A stretch of DNA of 64,000 nucleotides from positions 62,001 to 126,000 of the forward strand of contig JAAOMT010000420.1 of the NCBI GenBank assembly GCA_016748015.1, in the 5' to 3' direction. Positions 1 through 11,440 of the stretch are shown here, piece by piece (position 1 is the stretch's first letter; each line of letters opens with the position of its first letter). The position numbers were made by a program, and so were the translations under genes. The notes beneath the pieces are model-generated. The model was not told the DNA's origin. It worked only from the letters and a program-made list of their open reading frames with translations, and did no database searches. The stretch comes from Geosiphon pyriformis uo1. Its lineage: Eukaryota > Fungi > Glomeromycota.

Positions 1-1626
1 AAAGCCCATAAACACTTCAAAATCCCCATCCACAACCCAACAGAAGATGTCATTGAAATCCCCAAAGGGACTCTCGTTAGTTTCATATCCGCAGATAGTC
101 AGAATCCTGAAAAACTCCAGTCTATTCCAGATTTCGCACAATTATTCTTATTCTGTAACATTACCTCACAAGTATGGAATTTGCCAAAAAAAAGTTACTT
201 GTTTACATCAGAAGAGATCAATAAATTGAATTTAGGAAATTTAAGTACCCTGTAACAAATGCAACTCAAAGTTCTTCTGAATCAGTATGCTAATGTCTTT
301 GCCAGCAAAAATGAGTTCAGATGTACCAACATTGTGAAGCATCAGATTGATACAGGAGATGCTCGACCAATTAAGCAACGAGCTTACTGCGTACTCCCAT
401 CTGGCGATAACCTAATTAAGCAAGAAATGCAATGGATGCTTGATAACGGCCTAATCAAAGAATCGTTAAGCCCTTGGTCCTCGCCAGTAGTCTTGGTCAC
501 CAAGAAAAATGGAAAAATGCAATTCTGCGTAGATTATCGAAAACTAAATAGCATCATGTGAGGAGATAGTTATCCCACTCTCCTCATTCAGAAAATTCTG
601 GACAATCTAGGGAAAAAGAAATGGTTCTCGTCATTAGATTTAGCAAGTGGTTACTGGCAAGTTGAAATGGCCCCCAAAGACAAAAGAAAAACAGCATTTA
701 CCACTCGAGACGGAAACTTCGAGTTTAACATAATGCCTTTTGGACTTTGTAATGCTCCTGCCATGTTTCAACGTCTGATGGATGTAGTATACAAAAGAAT
801 TCTTTGGAAATCAGTAGTAGTCTACCTAGACGACACAAACGTGTTCTCCGAAACATTCGAAGACCATTTGCTCCATCTGCAACAAGTCTTCGAACACCTT
901 CATAGTGCCAGATTGAAACTCAATCTCGAGAAGTGCTTCTTTGGAAAAACCGAGTTAAAATTCCTAGGACATGTAATCAGCAAGGACGGAGTTAAACCTG
1001 ATTCAGATAAAGTACAAAAAGTTAAGGATTTTCCAGCCCCAATTAACCTCAGAGAATTACGAGAATTTCTAGGATTAGCAGGATATTATTGTCGATTTGT
1101 CAAAGATTTCTCAAACATTGCAAAACCACTCCATCAATTGTTGTCTAAATACGTACCGTACTTGTGGAAGGAAGATTAACAGAAAGTATTCGACTATCTC
1201 AAGCAGCGATTGATTATATTCCCAATCCTGATTTACCCAGATTTCACTAAATAGTTCATTGTCACTACAGACACCTCGAAAAATGCTTTAGAAGCAGTCT
1301 TATTACAGATAGGACTGGACAATAAAGAACACCCAGTTGCCTATGCTAGTCGCAGCACTAGTCCAGCAGAAAAGAATTACAGCACAACAGATCTGGAATG
1401 TTTTGCCATTTATTGGGCTATACAGACTTGGAAACATTACTTCAGTCAACTATTTGATCTATATACTGACCACAAAGGACTTATTTGGTTACTCAACAAT
1501 CCACAACTAGAAGAAAAATATGCGAGATGGAGTACTTATCTGCAAAAATTCCCACTCAAAGTCTATTACAAGGAAGAATCCAAGAATACCAATGCTGACA
1601 GTTTGTCGAAGATGCCACAAATCTAA
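1..1626 (+). pseudogene. Element A pol (pre-RT spacer, RT, RNase H), one frame with premature stops, terminal TAA at 1624-1626
   Basis: ORFs 259-561 and 667-1179 and the RNase H end NADSLSKMPQI* share one frame. Confidence 0.9.
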
Positions 1627-1636
1627 TCCCAGACTC

Positions 1637-3004
1637 ATGGATACACTCACTTATCAACAACTACATCAGTACCTATCGACACTATGTTTCAAGGAGATAT
1701 TATCTCAACAGGAACAGAGTACCATACAAAAACAAGCCCGAAATTATTTTATTCAAGACAACCAACTATATCAATGAGAACACCAAAACCACCCCAACCC
1801 ACAACGACTAATTACGAACAGTGAAAAAGAAACTATACTATATAGCGTGCACTCAGATCTGACTGCAGGACACTTTAACAAAGACACTATCCTTGAAAGA
1901 ACACTAAACTTATACTATTGGCCAATGATGCACAAAGACATTTTCGAATATATGCTCAATTGTGACACATGCCAGCAAAGAGGAGGAGCAAGATTAACAG
2001 AACCACTTCGACCCATTCCAGTTGGAAATCCATTTGATAGAATTGGAATTGATTTGGTTGGACCTCTTTCAATTACATCCCAAGGAAATCACTATATCGT
2101 TGTAGCCATAGACTATCTTATAAAATGGCCAGAAGCCAGAGCAATCCAAGTGGCCAATGCCAAAACAGTCACCGAATTTGTGCATTAAGACCTAATTTGC
2201 TGACATGAATGTCCGAAAGAATTATTATCTAATCAGGAAACACACTTTGTTAATAATATGCTGACTGAACTAAGCCAATGGTTTGGAATAAAGAGACCCT
2301 TATTGTCACCATACCACCCACAAACAAACGGACTGGTAGAACAGTTTAACAGAACACTGTGCAAAGCACTAGCAAAAATAAGTCATGAAAACAGACAAGA
2401 ATGGGACTTATTCATATCTTTTGTATTCTTTGCATACTGAACATTGAAACAAAATACGACTCAGTTTACACCGTTTGAACTAGTCTATAGAAGAAAAGCT
2501 ACGTTACTGATTGAACGAGTGATACCGTCATACTCAACAGAAACAATCAATGAAGAGAATTTTGAGGCTACCTTACACCAAGGAATGTACCAGCTAATGG
2601 AAACATTGGAAAACAATCAAAGAACAGCAGCTGACAATATTAGTTATGCTCAAGAACAACAAAAAGAAAGACATGATAAACACCTGCCAGAACAACCAAT
2701 AGAATTCAAGATTGAAGACCAAGTACTGTTACATTGTACAAAAGCTGAGAAACAGTGGAGTGGAAAGTTCAACCCAAAGTGGGACGGTCCATTCCACATA
2801 CATAAAGCATTAGGAAATGGAGCTTACAAATTACGATTAGAAGACAGGATTTTAAAGAAAGTAGTGCATAGAAATCAGTTAAAAATTTATCATGTAAAAC
2901 AGAAATTATTGTCATTAGTACCTCAACTAGGAACACAAATTTCATTAATCAGACCAGAAGATATACCACAAGATCTAGAACCAATCATCGTCATCGAAAT
3001 GTAG
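1637..3004 (+). pseudogene. Element A integrase as a separate ORF (MDTLTYQQL...DLEPIIVIEM*)
   Basis: ATG 1637 is in frame with ORFs 1847, 2258 and 2444; HHCC, DDE core and GPF motifs; +1 frame relative to RT-RH. Confidence 0.9.
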
Positions 3005-3084
3005 ACAACAGGCAGCAAATTAAATTGGGGAATTCAAATATATATAGCATCCGAAAAGCAGCAAAAAACAATAGAAATTTCAAC

Positions 3085-3819
3085 ATGGACCTTTTAGATC
3101 AAATTTTAAAATTATCTAAACAATTATTTGAAACAATTCAAAAATCAACATCTTAAATAGAAATAACAATTGATAAAAAAGAGATATGGTACAAAGATAA
3201 GAGCAGGAGAGGGAAAAATGAGAGTTCAATTAGAACTAAACGTTTTCTTTTCTACCCACCACCCGAAAGGCAATGTGGGAGGAAAAATTGCCTTTGGACA
3301 GGGGATGGAAAAAAAGGAGGCAAAAAACAAGAAAAAGGTTACAAAAGAAGATACTTGGTCCCTGAGCTCAAAGAAATAAAACAAGCTTTAGCTTATAGGA
3401 CCAAACTTTCTGAAACAGAGGAGTGGACACCTGACAATGCCCAGGAATAGAAAGAAAGACTTTCTCCAGCTTATTGGTTCTACAAAATTGGAGAACAGCT
3501 TGACTTGAAAACACCATATGAAGATCTCAGCCAGAAAACATTCAACAAAAAAACAATACAACAAGTAGAAAAATTTGTAGAGAAAAACAACCTGACCTTA
3601 CATTACAAAGCAGCATACCGACTATACGCCACCTTCCAACATTGTCCAAATGTACTACTAAACGAATCTATAAAAACCATAATAGTTAACAGCATAAGAT
3701 GAATAACCAATCAACAGTTTGAAGACCTACAAAAGGCAATACTCGAGGCAACAATCAAACATTACATGAACGAAGCCACGATAACAGATACATATGGTTT
3801 CGCAGGAGCTCAATTTTAA
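3085..3819 (+). pseudogene. Element A ORF3, 244 codons, unknown basic/helical protein with three internal stops
   Basis: Single frame from ATG 3085 to TAA 3817-3819, abutting the PPT; homologous to element B 50142-50840. Confidence 0.8.
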
Positions 3820-3833
3820 AAAGAGGGGGATAA

Positions 3834-4943
3834 TGTTACCCAAGTAGAAAAACCGATCCAAAGTTATGAAGAAACATGACCAAAACGTGACATAACACAG
3901 AATAACGCACAATAACGTTGGATAATGTGTTATAATATTGGATAATGTGTTATAATGCAGGATAACACAGAATAATGTGCAATAATGTAGGATAACGTGT
4001 TATAATGCAGGATAACACAGAATAACACAGAATAACATGTAATAACATCAGATAATGTGTTATAACATAGGATAACTAGCAATAATGTAGAAAAACGAAG
4101 CAATAACAAAAACAACAAAGCAATAGCTAGCAATAGTGAGACAATTGAAAGCAATCCTGTAAAACCAAAAGAATGTATAAAAGCAAGTAGTTGTAGAAGT
4201 GAGAAAAGGCAGAGAAAAAAAAATTAGATAGGAACTTCTAGACCAGAAATTAAAATATCTATACCTCTTTATCCTTTATTATCTTCCCTATTTCATCTCC
4301 TGAAATAAACCAATTATTAAAAGAAATCAGAATCACGAATTTATGTTCTTAAACTTCATGGAATTTATGTGAATTAACCCTTGTCTCGTACCTCCATTCT
4401 AGAACAGATGCTCTTAGCATAACCGCCTTGAACCTATTAACAATTTGGACCAATTGCTTTTGATCACAGTGATTGACGATACTAATTTATCTTTTCTCTC
4501 TTTTTTTTTCTTTTTTTTTCTTTTTCTTTTTTTTTCTTTTTCTATCTTATTTTTTTTGTGAAGCGACAACATAGTAAAATCGACTGTTTGGGAATAGACT
4601 TCATGATAGCCTGGTAAAAAAAGAAAGCTTCTCCTAAGTTTTAGATATTAACATTATCTTGTTAGCTTACCAGAAGGGCAAAAAGACAACACCACACCCT
4701 AATGACTGCATTTGTTAACTTGGAGAAAAAAGCTCACATTTACGAAAAATGTTGTAATCGACGAAAGACAAACTCTGTGTCTTATAACCAAAGAACTCAA
4801 CGGGTAAAATTCACATCTAGGAATAGACCTTTAGAGACTAATAATCAAGATTAAGCCAACAGAATTATGCAGAAGACATATCATCAATAATTGAGAGCAC
4901 CAAACATTATTATTTCCCATATCCACCAAGTTTACTCATAACA
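3834..4943 (+). repeat. 3' LTR of element A
   Basis: Starts TGTTACC three nt after PPT AAAAAGAGGGGGA; ends CATAACA; shares colinear blocks with the element B LTR up to its end. Confidence 0.8.
3881..4090 (+). repeat. Tandem 10-bp array (NATAAYRYRN) in the U3 region of LTR A
   Basis: About 20 phased units, e.g. gataacacag, gataatgtgt, aataacgcac, tataatgcag. Confidence 0.9.
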
Positions 4944-6106
4944 CCAGCAACAATTACTATAAGATATTTAATAACAATAGTCAAATAATTAACAGCAATA
5001 TACAAATCAGTAGAAATAATAATTAAATTAACAACAATAATATTAAGTAATAAATACTATTGAAAAAAAATTAAAAAAAATCAAGAAAAATGTTATTAAA
5101 TAATATATATAAAAAATTAATAGTTTTTTAAAAAGTATTAAGTCTTATTTCATTAACTTTTAGATTTCTTTAGTTAAAATTTTAACCAATAAGATAATGT
5201 TTTTTTTTGTTTTTTTTATATTTATTTCTTTATTAATTTTTTTAATAAGATAATAATAACCAAAACAATATGCTATACAATATTGTTAACTTATCTACTG
5301 GCTATTACAAAATACATTAAATTGTCTATGACCAATATTTTGATAATACCAAAAAAATGCTTCATAAAAATGCTTTATAAAAAATAAAGTAAAAAATATC
5401 TTATAAAACTAAAAATTTTATGTAAATTGGGATTTCAAAAATTAATTGTTCAGATACAGATAGAAAGCTTCTTATATGTAAAGTAATTAGAATTATTAAT
5501 AACAGACTATACAGATTAGGATACAAGTTAGGAATTTTGAATAATTCTTATCATGTGACAGAATTAATGTCTATTAAGATAATTGATTTTTTAAAATTGC
5601 GAAAAATACCAAATATCTTTATTTCTTTGCATAAAGCAGTTTTATGTTAAAGTTAAAAAGAAATAACAAGTTATTAATACAATTGTAAGGAAAGTTGTAA
5701 AACTAATTATTGTAATTTTAAAAAAGCTGGGATTTTATGTGGTACACAATATCATGGTGATAGTAACAATAGTTGTGAAAATCGAAAAGAATAGTGCCAA
5801 AATTACAATAAATAAATGCTAGTATTATACATATAACGATAACTAAAAGCGCGTCAAATATCAATTATTTGATTGATAAAAGGATTTTTTTTATTGGTGA
5901 ATATCATAAAGAATATGATTGGTTGTGTTGAATTGAGGATTCTAAACTAACTCAAGTTGGAATAGAATCCCAAATCAACTTGAGTTGATTCCGAATCAAC
6001 TTAAATCCCGTTCCAACTCACGATCACGTTATTGAGGGTTGCCATTATGTAACTGGTTAATTATGCTTGATAAAATATGATCAAGCCCCACTCATAAGGG
6101 TTTTCA

Positions 6107-6907
6107 ATGTCATTTACTCCTTCCCAAGCGGCTACACCAAATGGTCAAGCAATAATCCTACAAGAACATGCACAAGCTTTAGCACATTACCCACACGCAC
6201 GTTTAGCAGGGGGTTTGATTTTCATTTCAGGAATATCATCGAGAAGGCTTGACAATACGTAAGTAGTATAGCTGGGAGGGAAAGTCTGAAATCAGTTTTA
6301 AGAAGTGGTTCTTCTTTGTCCTCTTGCTTCTCTGGGTGATTATTTCTTGCTTCTTGGCTCGTTCTATTGGTTTTGCTTCAATTATGTGGACAATTGAATT
6401 TGTTGAGCAGATATGAAGGGGTAATTAATGTTTCCTTTTTCCTTTTTTTATTGCTAATATTTTTCATCTACAATATATATTAAGTATACTATTCTTCCCT
6501 CTTGCACTGCCACAGGTAACAACCTTGGAAAACGGAACCTACCAATTAGACATTCGCCTACAAACACGTGCCGTTCTCGAAAATATTAAAGCGATTCTAG
6601 CATCAATAAATGGGGCTACATTAAGAAATCTTGTGGATTTGACCGTGTTCATGGTGAACATGTCAGATTATGCAGCATTTAACGAGGTTTATAATGATTA
6701 TTTTGATCAGGCTGAAACTGGGCCTTCTAGGACTACGGTTGCCGTGAAAGAGCTACCATCGGTGAGTTTACGGAAAATAAGGAATTTATTTTCTTACAGG
6801 GCTAGACTTAATCTAAAAGCTCTTTAATTTTGGTTTATTTCACTTTTTTTAACACCAAATAGCCGAAACTTTTAATTGAGATCAAAGCTGTTGCTTTGGC
6901 TCCTTGA
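6107..6907 (+). CDS. Rid/YjgF family imine deaminase, 2-aminomuconate deaminase (AmnD)-like; exons 6107-6258, 6411-6420, 6516-6761, 6863-6907
   Basis: YPHARLAGGLIFISGISSRR...DIRLQTRAVLENI...FNEVYNDYF...PSRTTVAVKELP...LIEIKAVA; GT-AG introns keep frame. Confidence 0.9.
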
Positions 6908-7106
6908 AAACTACTTGGTCTTGATTAGGGTGTTGTTTGATAATTAAATGATCTCATTTTTGTCTAGTTTTTTTTTTACAGAAAATCAATGAAGGAAATA
7001 AACTTGTTTATTTGAGAACCCAAAATAGACTGTTAAAATTAAGTTTTCAATAGATTCTATCTATCTACATAATTTACAATTTGATAAAACTCCGAAATCA
7101 TCTCTA

Positions 7107-8858
7107 TTAGAATGTTTTTTTACCATTAACTAATTTTGTTGATAGATCAAGCTTTCTTCGACGTCTATCTATTTTTGTAATTAAGATGGATATTCCAAGA
7201 AAAGTCCACCATATTACCCAAGATAAGAGGACAAGTAGATCCACAACAGCGACAACCCAGGGGATATGACTAATTACAAATGGACACGATGAATAGTGAT
7301 ATTCATAATCTAGAAAACATAAGAATTCTTCAGATATTCGGTTTTGAAAAGATGAATGACTTTTCATTCTTCTTTACCTTTCTCGCTCTTCTGGTCGCCC
7401 TTGCGAATTTCAAACAATCCCGCATTACCTCCATATGCACCCATCATCGATCTTACTGTCACTTCTCGTACCACAAATTCCTGTTCAACTTTCCCTGAAA
7501 AATTTGATTTCTTTCCTAGCTCAAACTCCTCAGTTCGATACGATTCAATTTGGTACTTACCTGTTTCTTCGTTTATAACGCGTACTACATGTGTCACGTC
7601 ACAACCTTCATGATCGTGTCCTGCAAATATAAATCGGGGTCTAAGACGAGTCAAAATGAATTCGCTAGCATTCAGTGATAAATGATTTTGTTCCTCGATA
7701 TAGGATCTTTCAAGGTTAATAAATTTGTCAGTAATTTTAAATAATTTATCAATTTAGGGTTGTGAGTTCTTTGAAATATTGTTATTTGCTTACTGGTTGT
7801 ATATCGTCATTGGTCCGTCAACGCATAGTCCTTCTGGTTTATATATTGGGATATGAGATACGAGTATAAATGGGGAAAGGTAATCTTCTTTACGCTCATC
7901 TGCTATCCAATCAAGAAAATCCCAGGTCTCTGCACGCAAATCCTATTTAGATTCAACAAATTCCTTTAGCAACGAAATTTAGAAGATGGAAAGTTTGAAA
8001 AATATTTTACTACTTCATCCATTGCTGGTCCATCAATATTCTGTGCATTTATGATTACTAATTGATGTCCTCGCTCTTCTTCATGGGTGATATTATCTTC
8101 GGAAAGATGTATATAATCCTGGTCAAGAATCCATTCAACGAAATTCGTGGGACCGAAAACTCGCTGCCAACGATCAACACGATGACGAGTCATATCAAAA
8201 TTATAACCGATATCATGATTACCGGTTATGTTGACTAACTTGTGTGCATATTCCTGATAGGACTCAGGTTGATTAATCGGTGCTATTATATTGTAAAGAA
8301 TGAAATAATTAAACTAGCATATACTCACGCTATTAGGGTCGCCGAAAATCCACTTAAATCTATTCACCCGTTTCTCAAATTCTTGATCAGTTACCAATTG
8401 ACTCGAGAAAAGATCTCCAAGCAGAATTACATGCGTCGGTGAGGGTTTGAAGAAAGAATATCGTGATACAAAAGAGGTATATATATGCCGGAAATAGAGA
8501 TCATTTCCAAAAAGATCAATTTCACCTGGCGCAAAAGAAAAGAGGAATTTAGTTGAAAGTTATGTTTTTGGCATAAAGAACCACGTTGAATATAAGAATT
8601 AACCTCGTATTCCTTGTCTAAATATTTTTGCGTCACCTTCGATTTGTGGGTCTGCCAAAAGAAGTATTCTTGCATCGGAATCTAATGTTTAATAGACGAA
8701 ATTATTCCTTTTAAACGGTAAAAATACTCGCTACCACTGCACACCAGCAATATACCAGGCCATTTCCATTGACAAAATATCGTATAATAGAATAAATAAA
8801 GTGTCGTTCCGAGCGCGGTGAATGTTGAGGATAAAAGTATTTGAAGTATAAGTCGCAT
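7107..8858 (-). CDS. TED1: Ted1/MPPE1-like metallophosphoesterase (GPI remodelling), multi-exon
   Basis: ADPQIEG, LGDLFSSQ, GNHDIG, HIP, AGHDHEGC and EVTVRSMMG motifs; N- and C-terminal hydrophobic segments. Confidence 0.85.
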
Positions 8859-9119
8859 TCGGTTCCGTAAAGCAGTCAAAGAGTGCTCATAAAAAAAAGC
8901 TCATATATTATTAAAATTTATATACCACACCCTTCGGTTATAAAATTAAAAATATGTGATAAATTAATTAGGTTAATTACCGTGAGTGGCAGAGTGCAGT
9001 CGTATATTAATGAATCGGGTTTTTTAATTTCTCACATCTGAGAATCCAATCGAATAAGCAAACAAATAAATAAAATAACCTTTTCCAATTTTGGAATATA
9101 ATTTTTAACTTTCGAGATA

Positions 9120-10102
9120 ATGCTTCCCGGTTCGAGTTCACTCGGCCTTGTTTCTCGTGGGCTTCTTCGGCCAAGAATTTCCACTCTTATTCAACCAGGA
9201 CGTAGTGGTTTACTCAAGTTCCCCTTTAGACAAAATCCCACGTATTACGCTGCAAGGAAATATCCGTTTGAGAACGAAGGGAAAATAGAAGAAGATTTTC
9301 AACTGGGCTATCCCAACCTTCCTATTCACTATGCTCAACTAGATGCACCCTATGGCTTTTGGGATCCCCAGGGAAGGAGAAACTATGGTGATCTGGTAAT
9401 ATGTTTTTTCTTTCCACCTATCTGGTCAATAAACACTGAACTTATAAACATATTAACTGTGAGAGTCTGAAATACATTAATTGGACACATTTTGCAAGGC
9501 GAAGTTATTATGAAGCTTTTCGTAATGAGCTTTCTTTTAATCAATCAAATTCTTAAATATAATTCACATCATTAAGTCACGAACGAATATGCTTGTACCA
9601 GAGTTTATTTTTCTCACAATGTTTGTTTGATTACATGGGTAATTGTCATTGGATTTTAATTGTACTTTGACAGCTTCACCATCATGCCGATATTCTAGAT
9701 GTGTTCGGCCCCGATCATCATGAGATACCATCAAGTTTCTTTTTGAAGGGAATTGCAATTTACGCTGGATTTTGGGCCGTGGTTGTCGGCACTTTGGCTT
9801 ATTTTATTCCGCTCAAGTCTGATGCGGTGAGTAATTTTATGAAATTTCATTTTGCGTGAAATTTTTATTTCATCTGACCTTTCCAAATTTTTGGTTCAAC
9901 TAATCTGTTTTCTGGAAATTTAAAATTCATTAGATACCCAAAACAATATCCACTGCTTCACTTCCAGCTAGTTGGGAACGGTTCTACACACCGGTATGAA
10001 GCTTTCCTTTGTATGAGATCTTCAAATTTTTACCTATTGCTAATTCAATTCTACTTAAAATGATCGCAATAGCCCCACGCTCCAAAAAATGAGGAGGAAT
10101 GA
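9120..10102 (+). CDS. NDUFB8: NADH:ubiquinone oxidoreductase subunit NDUFB8 (ASHI); 3' exon frame uncertain
   Basis: Presequence-like N-terminus; GYPNLP...WDPQGRRNYGDL / LHHHADILDVFGPD, then one TM helix. Confidence 0.85.
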
Positions 10103-10403
10103 TGGCTTCTAGCTAAACGAACCTTTCGATTTAACTTTCTTCATGTGGATAACCTTTCTCATGCATTCTTCGGAAACGTGCGAAAGCGGAATAATGTTTT
10201 CAATGAGATTCCGTGCTAGTATAAATGCCGACCAATCTCAACACCAAGCTTTAGGGGTTTTATGTTATCCTAAAAAAAGCCAAGACGTCATTTGCCACAT
10301 TTAAACTAACCCATAAAAGATGTAGTTTCGAACTTGCTGATATAAGTGCAGGTCAAATTCGAGTTTTTGAGATTCTGAAGTCCTATTCTTAAAAGATTTG
10401 AAA

Positions 10404-11255
10404 ATGGTTAATATAAAATACTTTCCCTATCCACCTCGGTCCAAGCCGCATACCGCTGAAGAAGCCCAAGTTCTTTACGAGCGTATTCGAAATTGCGCCT
10501 TATGGTAGGAGCTATGAATCTAGAATGAGATTCCAGAGGGAAACGAGAACGGGAAAGGGCACGGTTGACAATTGGGTTATTAACGAATAACACTTAAAAG
10601 CCATTCAAAACTAAATCATAGATAACTGGCTTTGGATTCTGTTAAATTTTAAACTTTTGACCATAATTCGAAACTGTATCTAAAATATTATTTACAATCT
10701 GACAATAGGTTAGATTCAATTCCCGGAATTCCGCTTCCGATGGGCCTGGATTTTCTTGTGGGTCTTATTCCATATATCGGTAATCCTCAGAATGCAAAAA
10801 TCAGTTTCATGATTTTTCTAGTTTGCGGAAGCCCCTTAAACTTTTCGTTGTGATATAGGTGATCTTTCTGGGCTTGTTTTAGGAATGGTAAGATAACGTG
10901 ATTTAAAATTGAGAATTTTAACTCAGTTAATTTTTGACGTTTGCCACTCAGTACCAAATCTTCTTGGCTACCTGGTTCGATCCGCCAATATCCCTTTTGT
11001 TGTGGATGTTTGTTCACGTGATTGTGGATTTCATTATAGGAATTTTCCCCTTTATTGGTATGTGCATTCAATTTTTTGAAATTCTAGTCATTTTATCCTA
11101 AATTTACCAATCCGAAAAACTGAGTTTTTTTTTTTTTTTTTTTTTTTGAAGGGGCTTTATTGGATATGGTTTACAAATCCAATTTATACAACCTAAAACT
11201 TTTAGAACGCTGGCTGAAAACCAAATACGGCAATGAAATACGAATATATGAATAA
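10404..11255 (+). CDS. DUF4112 family membrane protein, 5 short exons, absent from the ORF track
   Basis: Spliced translation MVNIKYFPYPP...RIRNCALWLDS...GLDFLVGLIPYIGD...VDFIIGIFPFIGALLDMVYKSNLYNLKLLE. Confidence 0.85.
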
Positions 11256-11440
11256 CGTAACTTTAGAATCCTCTGCCCAGCTCTCCAGAAGCTGATCTCA
11301 AACTTTTGACGTTTAAATTTATTTTCTTTGTGATATCTTTTTATACACTGTAGACAGGCGTCCGCTCATTAGACAATATCAGATTTAACGAATCAATAAC
11401 CCACTTCGGGATGACAAAATTCCAATAAATAAGTAAAAGA

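Larger units (their letters stand above)
1..4943 (+). mobile_element. Ty3/Gypsy LTR retrotransposon A, 3' portion (pre-RT spacer, RT, RNase H, separate IN ORF, ORF3, PPT, 3' LTR); degenerate
   Basis: RT motifs SPWSSPVVLV, FCVDYRKLN, MPFGLCNAP, YLDD; RNase H motifs PVAYASR and NADSLS; IN H-H-C-C (GHF...CDTCQ), IGIDLVGP, YHPQTNGLVE, GPF; PPT at 3818-3830; LTR TGTTAC...TAACA. Confidence 0.95.

Noticed and set aside
3085-3819. ORF3 as a retroviral envelope
   Set aside because: No signal peptide, fusion peptide or TM anchor
3881-4090. Regular repeat array as CRISPR, and ORF 3930-4154
   Set aside because: Contiguous 10-mers without spacers inside an LTR; the ORF is a repeat artefact
4436-4442. 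ATTAACA as the end of LTR A
   Set aside because: Homology with LTR B continues to 4943
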